A stretch of 60,000 nucleotides of DNA from Malacoraja senta. Taxonomy: Eukaryota. A program made the position numbers and the translations under genes. Where the stretch lies: NCBI GenBank assembly GCA_038087875.1, contig CM075989.1, positions 10,232,001 to 10,292,000 of the forward strand, in the 5' to 3' direction. Positions 11,081 to 22,110 of the stretch are shown one piece after another. The notes below the pieces were generated by a model that ran no database searches, was not told the DNA's origin, and worked only from the letters and a program-made list of their open reading frames with translations. Each line of letters starts with the position of its first letter. Position 1 is the first letter of the stretch.

Positions 11081-11141
11081 CCACCATTGTGCCATCCTGA
11101 AGAGTAGAGGCATTCGGGAGACACAAGGAATTGGAGATGCT

Positions 11142-11273
11142 GGTCTGTAAAAAAAAGTCACAAAGGGCCGGAGTAACTCATGGGGTCTGTAAAAAAAAGT
11201 CACAAAGTGCTGGAGTAACTCAGGGGGTCTGTAAAAAAAAGTCACAAAGTGCTGGAGTAACTCAGGGGGTCTG
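11142..11273 (+). repeat. Tandem triplication of a 42-bp unit within a Penelope-like tail
   Basis: ggtctgtaaaaaaaagtcacaaagtgctggagtaactcaggg starts at 11142, 11184 and 11226. Confidence 0.95.
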
Positions 11274-11329
11274 GAGAACACGGATAGGTGATGTTTTGGG
11301 TCGGGGCCCTTCTTCAGATCTCTGGTTTA

Positions 11330-11957
11330 GAATGCGATCTGAAAGGTACTTCCCCCAGTACTAGAGGTGCTGTTGAGTGTGCTACAACCTTCTCAACAAC
11401 ACTCCGGCCAGACATGGTCCTGTGGTCCACAACAGCCAAGTTGGCATACGTTGTGGAATTGACAGTTCCATGGGAAGATGGTGTTGAAGAAGCTTATGAG
11501 AGGAAAAAGACCAAGTACTCTGAACTGGCAACTGAAGCTTCCCAGAACGGCTGGATGACCAAGATTTTCCCTGTCGAAGTGGGATGCAGGGGATTTGTTG
11601 CTACATCTATGACCAGGCTATTAAAGAAAATGGGGGTGAGGGGTTGCTCCCTCCAACAAGCAATCAAGTCATTATCAAATTCTGGGGAAATACTGCAATT
11701 GGATCAAAAGGAGAGACAACAATTGGGCTGCAAGATGAAGACAGGAGGGTATGGAATTGAGAGGGGTTGTACCTCGGACACCAGGTATCACCGTTGAGCC
11801 CTCTGGAGATGTTGTGGGCTTATCAATGAAACGTCAAAGAAGGAGGGTGCCCACCTGATGACCCCGATGACGTACCTACCCTACCTTTCACCACTCCAAT
11901 CCCACTGCAAATAACAAGAGTGCCGACTTATTACAGGGATTGAAACATCAAGTCCTA
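11330..11957 (+). mobile_element. HERO-like (RLE-bearing, R2 group) non-LTR retrotransposon 3' fragment
   Basis: LRPDMVLWS..VVELTVPWED..ERKKTKYSEL..PVEVGCRG is a PD-(D/E)xK restriction-like endonuclease domain; 3' UTR follows. Confidence 0.85.
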
Positions 11958-12533
11958 TTAGCTCTACTGACCCTGAGACAGAGGGACTGCTCAGGAGATG
12001 CGGCTGGTGCCTCACCAGCAATAATCACATCCTGTGGTCTGTGGACATGGTGGAAACTTCTGGGGGAGGAACCAGAGCTGGGAGCATATTCTTGGACTAA
12101 CCCTAAAGCAGCGTTGAACTTTCTGTGTTTTATCTGGCACAGACGGATTCCTGATCCCTATCTGACAAAGTGAGAATAGATTGCACAATACAAGGAAGTT
12201 TTTGAAAGATTCTTCAAAATAATTGAAAATCTCTCACGCCATGACTGATTTCACAAAAATTCAAAAAGATGGAATGATAAGGCAGAAGAATTAATATGAC
12301 TCATTTCAGAGAATACAATATACACAGACAGATTGTGATCTGGTAGCTTGTTCAACGGGACTATGAGTCTCCCTTGTTAACTCTCATTACTCAGAAAGTT
12401 CTGAGCTGTGGGGAGTCTGAATGAATTCTGCTCACTTTCCTGCCCCAGTTCTCCCTGAACTCTGCAGGAAGGAACTGCCGATGCAGGTTTAAACCGAAGA
12501 TAGACACAAACAGCTGGAGTAACTCGAAGGGCT

Positions 12534-12905
12534 TAGTTTAGTTTAGTTTAGTTTAGAGATACAGCGCGGAAACAGGCCCTTTGGCCCTCCGAATCCGCGC
12601 CGACCAGCAATCCCCGCACACTAACGTTATCCCAGGGACAATTTACGTAAATTTTTATACCAAGCCAATTAACCTACGAACCTGTACGCCTTTGGAGTGT
12701 GGGAGGAAATCGAAGATCTCTGAGAAAACCCAAGTTTAAAAAAAGTAAAGTATCCTTTATTGCAATTCAAACTTTTGGTTTGAACGAAATTACGAAATCT
12801 CTCCCCAGGTCACGGGGAGAACGTACAAACTCCATACAAACAGCATCGAACCCAGGTTTCTGGCGCTGTAAGGCAGTAGCTCTACCGCTGCACCATCGTG
12901 CCGCC
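12534..12905 (-). mobile_element. HE1-type V-SINE with a small internal insertion
   Basis: (tttag)n tail, core and head; foreign ~70 bp at ~12733-12800. Confidence 0.88.
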
Positions 12906-13710
12906 TCAGGTAGAACTCTGTTCGTGATGCAGTGCAACGTGGAGCTCAGGACCACAGGCAGGTTCTGATTCCCCACAAGAGGGCCTTGTCAGTGGGCCCA
13001 CAGCTCCATCGCACACACCTTGGCCTTGCCTCATCTGCCGGGGACCAGAGACAGCCCTGATTATTGTATACAATTTTTCACATCTTTCACATCAAAGGCA
13101 TTTCACTCAGCCAATGCACTGCACATATCCCCCTATTGCATGCACCCACCCCCTGGATTGTGCATAGCTTTACGTTGCACACACTTTCACACAAACACCC
13201 TTACTTTGAAACATTCTCCATTCTTCCACGATTTTCAATCCATGAGCTATTAATCTTAGAACCAAGCCCTTCAGCCGTTTCACCAGTTGTTAATCTTTCT
13301 CTTTATAACTGTGATGGAAACTGGGTGGTACATTGACCTGTCATCTCTTGAGGCTAGACTCACATCTAGCCTCTGACAGAGAGAACAATGTGCCTCTTTG
13401 CTGCATCTTACGACTGAAATTAGTCTCAATCATGTCCCTAGCAGTGTTGGCACACAGGCATGAGGCCAGAACAACTCCATTCATGGTAAATGGTTCCAGG
13501 AAATAGAAAGTGACTACTTGGAGACTACTGGAGAGCAATAGCAAGACTGTCTCCATACAGTGCAATGGTTGGGCAATAAGGACTCTTTATACGAGAATTG
13601 ATCTGGAATTAACTATATTTTCTACTGCTGGCATTTCCACTTGCTTAACCAAAAATCTGCATTTTCCTAACTTTAAGTTAATGTAACTTTTAATCTCCAT
13701 GGCAACTCCA

Positions 13711-14035
13711 GGGCGCCACGGTGGCGCAGCGATAGAGTTGCTGCCCGACAACGTTTGCAGCGCCAGAGACCAGGGTTCAATCCTGACAGGGTGCTGTCTG
13801 TACGGAGTTTGTCCGTTCTCCCCGTGACCGCGTGTGTTTTCTCCCAGATCTTCAGTTTCCTCCCACACTCATAAGACGTACAGGTTTGTTGGTTAATTGG
13901 CTTCGTACAATTGTAAATTGTCCCTAGTGTGTGTAGGGTCGTGTTAATGTGCTGGGATGGCTGGTCGGTGTGGACTCGGTTGGGTCGAAGGGCCTGTTTC
14001 CATGCTGTATCCCTAAACTAAACTGAACTAAACTG
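13711..14035 (+). mobile_element. HE1-type V-SINE
   Basis: Full length with (taaac)n tail. Confidence 0.9.
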
Positions 14036-14364
14036 AGGTGAATCATATGGTGCAGGCTTCACACCTAGCTCCCTGTAACTTGATCCCACTGTATTTCTGA
14101 TCCATACATTAATCAGGCTGCACACGCATATTACAGCGAAGCATTAGAATGTGTTTTAACTTTTATATATGCTTCAGATTTAGGAAGGCTTTAAAGATTT
14201 TCACCCGACCATGCCAAACACAGTGATATGTATTTGTGTGTCCAACTGGAGTAAAAGTCTGGGAGTACCTGTAGACGTGACTTTGCAGTTAAAGTGGGAA
14301 CCATTCGTCAATAAAGAGCTGCAGATATTGGAGAAAACATTGCATATTCGAAAAGAAGTTCTGA

Positions 14365-14640
14365 AGAAAGAAAGATTAGTTCTATACGACCTCTTCAAAT
14401 CCTAAAGTACTTTAAGCCAATGGAAACCAGTCTAGTGTTGGAATTATTGATCCCATCTTGCACGCGGCAAGCTCTTGGGAGAGATAATGACCAGTTAATG
14501 AAGCTAATTGAGAGTCTAATGTTAAACAGGGTACTGAGGATTAGCCATGCTCCTTTTAAATGATGCATTATTTACATCCACTCAAGATGTTAGTTTTGGC
14601 TTTGGTTTAACATTTCATCCAATCATCTAGTTCCTTTGGC
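14365..14640 (-). mobile_element. Ancient DeuSINE/SacSINE1-like relic
   Basis: Degenerate reverse match to the Deu-domain-type sequence seen at 15445-15780 and 50960-51305. Confidence 0.5.
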
Positions 14641-14649
14641 ACAACTAGT

Positions 14650-15180
14650 AATAGAAACAAGGAACTGCAGGTGCTGGTTTACAAAAAAAAGTCACAAAGT
14701 GATGGAGAACTCAGCGAGTCAGGCATCATCTCTAAAGAACGCCAAATAGTGACGTTTTGGGTTTAGACCCTTCTTCAGGCTGACCCCATCCCCAGAACAG
14801 GGCAAGGCCTTGCAAGTGATAGATAGATACAGACAGGTGAGGGGTTGGGGGGGGGGGGGTTGATAGGCAAGTGGCAGGAGAGGGTGGGAGGAAAGGTGCC
14901 AGGCCAGGTGGGGTAAAGGGAAGGGGGAGAGAAGGGGGATGGGGGAATTAGAGATTTCAATGTTAATACTCTTGGGTTGTAAGCAGCCCAGTGAAGTATG
15001 AGGTGAAGACAGACACAAAAAGTGGGAGTAACTCAGTGGGTCAGGCAGCATCTCTGGAGAAAAGGAATCAGTGACGTTTCGGATCAAGACCTTTCCCCAG
15101 ACTGAGAGTCAGGGGAAAGGGGGACGAGAGATATCGACGGTATTTGGGACAAATGAATGAAAAATATGTAGAAAGCAACG
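14650..15180 (-). mobile_element. Stacked Penelope-like pLTR fragments
   Basis: Two family tails with reverse hammerhead cores (~14751-14778, ~15073-15100), a purine-rich tract and a GIY-YIG C-terminal remnant (LGCLQPKSINIEISN). Confidence 0.75.
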
Positions 15181-15444
15181 ATAAGCCTTTCTATGAATGA
15201 GATTGGCTAATGATGGGAATATTACAGGCAGCATTTGCAACCTTTTCTAATTACTGTTCCACCGCAGGAGGATGCCTTACCAACTAACCAGACCCATAAA
15301 TTGTTCCCCTCTGTCAAGTTATGCATTCTTTTAAGCCATGTGCCATCTATATTCAGAACTGAGAAACAAAAGCCATCTATTTTCTGGAGATCAGTCTTGT
15401 ATAATTCAGGTTCCACAGCATCATTTAGTTCCGATTTGCTTCTG

Positions 15445-15780
15445 GTTCTGATTAAGTCCTGTTCTACGATTAGAGCACAACATTCCAGGTTGATATACGG
15501 TACTGAGGGAGCGCTGTGCTGTTAGATGTCCTGGCTTTCAATCGTAACATTAAACCAAGTGTACTTACATTGCTTGGTGCTGCACTATGTTAATGAGAAA
15601 CAGAGGTATCTCCCTCCTGTTCTGCTCAAGATGTCCTCAATAAATGTCACAAAATCAGATTATCTGGACATTATCACATTGTGGTTTATGGGGCTTTGCT
15701 CTGCACAAACTGGCTGCAGCAAATCCTATGATAGAACAGTGACTACACTTCAAACGTCATTGACTGATGGTGCTTTGAGT
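15445..15780 (+). mobile_element. Ancient DeuSINE/SacSINE1-like relic
   Basis: gtactgagggagcgctg ... cagattatctggacattatcacattg ... aacagtgactacacttcaaa motifs recalled from Deu-domain SINEs. Confidence 0.6.
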
Positions 15781-16000
15781 CATAGAATCATGCAGCATGC
15801 AAACACACGCTTTGGCCTTTGCCCATGCCAACCAAGATGCCCCACCTGCCTGCAATTGGCCGATATCCCTCTAAACCTGTCCAAACGCCTTTTAAATGTT
15901 GTTATAGTACCTGCCTCAACTACCTCCTCCGGCAGCTCATTACACCACTGTATAACATGTAACGATAGTGAAGTGGAACTGTGTTTGGGTACTATTAGCA

Positions 16001-16338
16001 GTTTAGTTTAGAGAGTTTATAGATACAGCATAGAAACAGGTCCTTCAGTCCACCAAGTCCACGCTGATCATCGTACACCAATTCACACCAGTTCTTAGTA
16101 TATTATCCCACTTTCTCACCCATTCAATACACCAGGGATCAATTTTACAGAGGCCATTTAACCTACAAACCCGCACGTCTTTGGGATGGGAGAAGAAACC
16201 AGAGGACCTGGAGAAAACCCATGCAGCCACACAGAGAACGTGACAGACAAACTCCACACAGGCAGCACCCAAGATCTGGATTGAACTCAGGTCTCCGACA
16301 CTATGAAGCAGCAACTCTACCAGCGGTGCCACTCTGCC
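16001..16338 (-). mobile_element. HE1-type V-SINE
   Basis: Head-core-tail similarity. Confidence 0.85.
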
Positions 16339-16954
16339 TCATATGTCCAATCGTTGAGAAAACCTTCTACAAGGGTTCCAAATTATCGGACTTTTACTGT
16401 AATATATTACACTCTACGTGGAACTCAAGGTATTTTCATGCTGACAACCTGAGGAAAATAATTATTTTTCAGTTGAAATATTACACTCCTTTCTGCAAAA
16501 CAATCGGAGATAAGGGCATCATCGTCTGTGGGCTAGGAGGTGTCAGTGAGGGAGATGACATTGTGATAAAGGGGATTAAACAGAAAGCCCTCACCATTCT
16601 GATTATCCTCAATGTGAGCAATTGAAATAAAGAGCGTCTTTTGGCTGCAAGAATTTGTTATTATTGGGAACACAAAAGAGGAAGAGGGTCTGAGGAGGCG
16701 AGAACATAAGGGTTGAGATCTCATTTTCATCAGTTTTGTTAGCCTGCTGTTATCTGCTCATTCAAACTGTCCTGGTTTATGTTTTGTCTTGCAGGCAACA
16801 GGCTAGGGGCAAAATGAGATAAGGGTGCAGACTTCAGATTCAAATGCTGGGCATTTAGGGATTTCGTCATCCTTAGCAGTGACAGGCAATTTCTAAATTC
16901 AGCACTTTAAAAAAAACCATACAATGACAAATCTTCTTGCACGATTTTGTTTGT

Positions 16955-17420
16955 GTCATAGAGTCATACAGCACAGAAACAGGCCATTTGGCCCAACTCA
17001 CGCATGCCGACCAAAATGCATCATCTAAGCTAGTCCTATTTACCCACAATATCCATGTAAATCATTCCTACCCATGTACCTGACTTAATGTCCCTTAGAT
17101 ATTGTTATTGCACCAGCCTCAACTACTACCTCTGGCAGTTTGTTCTATATATTTACCGCCCTTTGTGTGAAAAAGTTGCCCCTCAAGTTCCTCTTAAATC
17201 TTTGACCTTAAACCCTCTAGTTCTTGGTACTCATATCCTGGGGAAATGATTCTGTGCATTCACCGTATCTATTCCCATGATAATTTTACACACATCTCCA
17301 CCTCACAGCATCCTGCACTCCTAGGAAGAAAATCCTAGCCTGCCCAACCTCTCCCTACACCTCAGGCCCTCAAGTCCTGGCAATATCTTCGTAAATCTTC
17401 TCTGCACTCTTTCCAACTGA
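16955..17420 (-). mobile_element. CR1-type LINE 3' fragment
   Basis: catagagtcata tail plus RT C-terminal remnant. Confidence 0.8.
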
Positions 17421-17769
17421 GTACTATCCAAAATTGAGCAACTGTAACTTAATGCCCCAACTTATTGACACAAATGCAAAGTTCCTTCACTTCCTATCTT
17501 TATGAAGAGTATATAAGGACATAATAAACAGAAATAACATAGAGACACAAGGAACTACTGATGTTGGAATCTTGAACAAAGCATAAAGTGCTGGAGGAAC
17601 TCAGCAGGTCATCTGTGGAGGGAATATGAGGACAGACGAGGTTTCAGGTGGGGACCCTTCTTCAGACAGTTCTGGTCATTCAACCGGAACTGCCATTGCA
17701 TTTAAGAAACACAACAGCAAGTCTGTGCACAGCAAGATCCCCAAAAAAGCCACTTGATAATGACTGAAT

Positions 17770-18881
17770 AGGTCAACTCTCTCAGACAACATTGAGCTGC
17801 GTACAATCGTGTCGAGAAGTATTAATTTTCCAAAACTCGATTGAAGGGTAAATACTGTAAGGCAGAACACTAAATTGTCCCTAGTGTGTAGAATCGTGCT
17901 AGTGTACGGAGACCACTGGTCCGCAGACTCGAAGGGCCTGTTTACACGCTGTCATTATAATCAGAAAAAATGGCTTTGTCAGTCACATTCCTGTGATCTG
18001 GGGTAACGTATAAGCAAAGATTTAATTTTCAATTTTTCTTCAGTTTAGGATTGTTTTCTCTGTCTTGGCAATATTGGATATTTTCAGAGATTAGAAAAGA
18101 ACCCGCTCAGTTTCAGTCTGTGTAAAATCACAACTAAATTGAAGTTAGTAAAGGAAACTACACCAGATTTTACCTGAATCTTTTTTTGGCAGAATCTTCA
18201 TTTTCTTACCTGTGATTATTACAGCACTTTGTTTTATCAACCACCGCATGTTCGCTGTTCTCTCCTTTCACCCCTACCAGTCCACTGACCAACACATCTC
18301 AGGGGCAGATAGGACTGTCCAGGTGCCTCTTAAAGGTCTTGTGCGGCACTCTGGAAGCAAATGGAAAGAAAATGAAAATTCTGCAGGATTATTGCCAGTC
18401 ACAGGTTTGCTCAGTGGAACAAAGATAAATAAAACAAATATCTTCCAGGTAAGGATGTTTTTATTTAACATTTATCAATGAAAGTGATAAAGAACAAATC
18501 CCACAGAATCGGAAAGAACGGCAAATTTCTTTCCGTCACTCAGCTCCTCCAGCTTTTTGTATCCATCTTCGGTTTAAACCAGCATCTGCAGTTCCTTCTT
18601 ACACTGATACTAGTCAGCTTACTTTGTATTTCGTTCATTCAAGTTTGTGATTCCCCAGCTGCCTTGGTGGGATTTCAACTCCTGTCTCCAGAGCATTCAT
18701 CCAAGCTACTGGAGAATTGGTGCAGTCAAAGGCCACCATTGCCGGTACTTGGCCAAGCCCAACACATGAAGGTTAGCACTTCAACACTTGAGCAACATCT
18801 GGTTTGCAGGCGCGCACTTTTAGTAATAATACTTCTCGACATGATTGTACGCAGCTCAATGGTGTCTGAGAGAGTTGACCT
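17770..18881. mobile_element. Unit bounded by ~55-bp terminal inverted repeats with AT flanks (possibly ISL2EU/PIF-like)
   Basis: 17770-17824 is the reverse complement of 18827-18881 with 2 mismatches; AT|AGGTC...GACCT|AT. Confidence 0.6.
18281..18448 (+). CDS. Candidate 56-aa symmetric exon
   Basis: ttctctcctttcacccctaccag|TCC...CAG|gtaagg; open frame STDQHISG...KTNIFQ; no recognised homology. Confidence 0.25.
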
Positions 18882-20268
18882 ATCTGGGAACAATATTTCC
18901 CCCTCTGGCTCTGTGTGCCTTTCCCCTTTATATTGCTGCCTCACAAATATCTTTTTGTCAGGACGCAGAAGATAAATGGAGGCGTTTGACTGCAGGCAAA
19001 TGAAGCACTTAGCAAAGACTAAAGGCCTTCTTGATAAAGAAAGGATCTGAATACATTTTGTTTGAAACGAATAAAGCCCATTGGCAAATTACATTTAGCG
19101 GCATATTGCTGAAGAGAAATATGTTTACCAAGTATCTGAGAGATGAATGGGGATTATTGGACTGCAGATCCAGGGATTAAACACAGCTGGGTAGATTTTC
19201 AACACTGCTTGAGTATAAAGGGATTGGGGATCTATTAATGGAAATAAAAATCAAATGCTTTCCTTAATGAGTGCTCAACCGATTTATTACTTGAAGGATG
19301 TGGAAAATCTATACAGTCATTCTGTCCACTTAGGGCAGCAAGAGACGACTTTTGCCTTTGTGTCAGTACGATTATGCTTCCAGGACACCTTTCTGGAGTC
19401 TGTGCAGCCCTCTTGGTGCCGGCACTGACACAGTGCGGCTGAAGGTGCCATCTAACCGATGTGAGGCCCCAGTGATGGTGGTGGGGGCAGGAGGATTCGC
19501 CCCGCTGTGTTTAGACTTTAGAGATACAACGCGGAAACAGACCTTTCGGCCCACCAAGTCTGCGCCGACCAGCGATCACACCAGCACTATCAGATTGCTA
19601 TTTGCTGGGGCCTTCTGCGCACATAATGGCTGCTGTATTTCCACATAACTTACCCCGCTCCACCTGGCCGTTCATCTCGCCCTGCCTTCCCCGTCCGATG
19701 CTTCTCTCCCGTGGTTTGAATGTGAAGATTTGTCATTCATAGAACAAATTCATTCTGTTTATCTTAGAATAATGGAGTGCAAACTATCGAACTGAAACTG
19801 AAAATCATCAACTGGATTAAAAGGGATGCGACAGCCTCTCTGGAACGTCGGAAGCTGACAGAAGTATAAAAAATTCGGAAAGGTATAGATAGGGTAGACA
19901 GAATATTTTTCTCAAGGTGGAAATGTCAAAGACTAAAGGGCATAGCTTTCAGGTGACAGGAGGTTAAAGGTTAAGGTTACGGAGGTCGTTTGGTTTAGTT
20001 TAGAGATACACTGCCGAAACAGGCCCTTCGGCAGTGTACCATCCCCGCACACTAACACTACCCTACTAGGGACAATTTACAATTATACCAAGCCATTATT
20101 TTATAGGGGAATAAAATAATTAAAAAAAAGAAAAATAATAGCATTTTACAGAGTAATACTATTTATTGTGTGTGGCTGTGTGAATATCAAATTGTACTTT
20201 GCATTTGTGTGTGTGATGAATCTAATTGTGTACAAGTCACAGTGTATCAAATGATATGTGATTGTGTA

Positions 20269-21149
20269 GAAAGAACTGCAGATGCTGGAAAAATCGAAGG
20301 TAGACAAAATAGCTGGAGAAACTCAGCGGGTGAGGCAGCACCTCATTTTTGCTTCGGTAGTTTACACCCCAGCGGTATGAACATTGACTTCTCCAATTTC
20401 AGGTAGTCCTTGCTTTCTCCTTCCTTCCCCTCCCCTTCCCAGCTCTCCCACAGCCTACTGTCTCCGCCTCTTCCTTTCTTTCCCCCCCCCCTCGACAATT
20501 CCCTCCATAACTCCCTGGTCAATTCGTCCCTTCCCAGCCAAACCACCCCCTCCCCTGGTACTTTCCCTTGCAACCGCAGGAAATGCCACACTTGTCGCTT
20601 TACCTCCCTCGTCGACTCCATCCAAGGACCCAAGCAGTCTTTCCAGGTGAGGCAGAGGTTCACCTACACCTCCTCCAACCTTATTTATTGCATCCGCTGT
20701 TCCAGGTGTCAACTACTTTACATCAGTGAGACCAAGCGCAGGCTTGGCGATTGCTTCGCCCAACACCTCCGCTCAGTTCGCGATAGCCAACCTGATCTCC
20801 CGATGGCTCAGCACTTCAACTCCCCCTCCCATTCCGAATCCAACCTTCCATGATCAGAGTGAGTCCCACCGCAAATTGGAGGAACAGCACCTAATATTTC
20901 GCTTGGGTAGTTTACACCCCAGCAGTATAAACATTGACTTCTCCAATTTCAGGTAGTCCCTGCTTTCTCCTTCCTTCCACTCCCCTCCCCTTCCCAGCTC
21001 TCCAACAGCCTACTGTCAACGCCTCTTCCTTTATTTTTCCTACCCCCCCCCCAACATCAGTCTGAAGAAGGGTCTCGACCCGAAACGTCGCCTATTCCTT
21101 TGTTCCTTTCCTCACCCACTGAGTTTCTCCAGCATTTTTGTCTACCTTC
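20269..21149 (+). mobile_element. Penelope-like (probably Neptune-type) retroelement 3' fragment with GIY-YIG endonuclease, direct and inverted pLTRs
   Basis: PGTFPCNRRKCHTC zinc-knuckle-like linker, NLIYCIRCSRCQLLYISETKRRL..RF-like GIY-YIG region, LEEQHLIFRLGSLHP..NIDF end; direct repeat ~20336-20490/20886-21050. Confidence 0.92.
21062..21089 (+). ncRNA. Minimal hammerhead ribozyme core in the Penelope-like pLTR
   Basis: CTGAAGA-A-GGGT(CTCG)ACCC-GAAACGTC lies just downstream of the GIY-YIG stop codon and pyrimidine tract. Confidence 0.75.
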
Positions 21150-21941
21150 GATTGTGTACATGTCAATGTGCTAATACCTGTCTTACACTGTATCATCTAT
21201 TGTAAGCCCGTGAACAGGAAGATTGAAATACACGTGTGTGCGTGTGTATGTGTGTGTGTATACATGCACATATGTATAGTTGTGTGCACTCACACACACA
21301 TACAACATGCAAAACATTTACACTGGAACTGTTGAAGAACTGAATCATGAACAATGAAATTAAATGGACAAGTAATTTTGGTGAATCTAAGAGGAATCAG
21401 GATCTACAGAATGTACCCGTCATTATCATGCCCTCTGAATCCCCGAGTACAATGCACGAGAAAATGCTTTCTCAGCTCCTCACTGTATATATGTGAAAAC
21501 ACAACAAGTTTTCTCCACAACATGATTCACCAAACAGCCAGTCGATGAATGATAAATTCTTGTGTCTGGGTCATTGAGGGAGGATATTTGACGAGGAAAT
21601 TCGCTGCTCGTTTCAGATTTTTTTTACAACTTGGCTGAGCCTGACCGCTCTGTAAGGACACTTCTCCTATTGAAGATGAAGTGTTCATCACTGTAAATGG
21701 GTTGCCAGAGGAAAATGCTACAGTCCTGACATGAAGTCAAACACTTTAAAATGTCCATTTTGCAAAAGACCATTCTGATGTTTTAAGTTGGGGAGGATTT
21801 TGTCTGGCACAGGAGGAGATGTGGCTTTGCTCAAGGCCAGAATACGGTTCAAAGAGTTCAAGGCTGACGTTTTCATCTGTCAACCACTTACTGGGGTATA
21901 CTTGAATGAGTGCAGGCACTTCTGTACTACCGCAGAGAGGA

Positions 21942-22110
21942 TCATGTTACCAGGGACAGTGCAGAGGCTCCTTTTGTGGGTGTAGATTCGTAGTTAGCAA
22001 AGAGACTCTTTGAGAACTGCAGCCTTGGTGTTATGGTGGAGAGACTGGTACACTTCGCTGCGTTAGTGCAGAAACTCGTGTTTGCGCAAGAATTGTGTTG
22101 GTGCAGAAAC
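21942..22110 (-). CDS. Candidate terminal coding exon of an unidentified gene
   Basis: ttgcag|G TTT CTG...GTA ACA TGA encodes FLHQHNSC...GASALSLVT*; UTR-like sequence follows, with minus-strand AATAAA at 20162-20167. Confidence 0.25.

Noticed and set aside
11142..11273. CRISPR-like regular repeats
   Set aside because: Contiguous tandem units with no spacers, in eukaryotic repeat-derived sequence.
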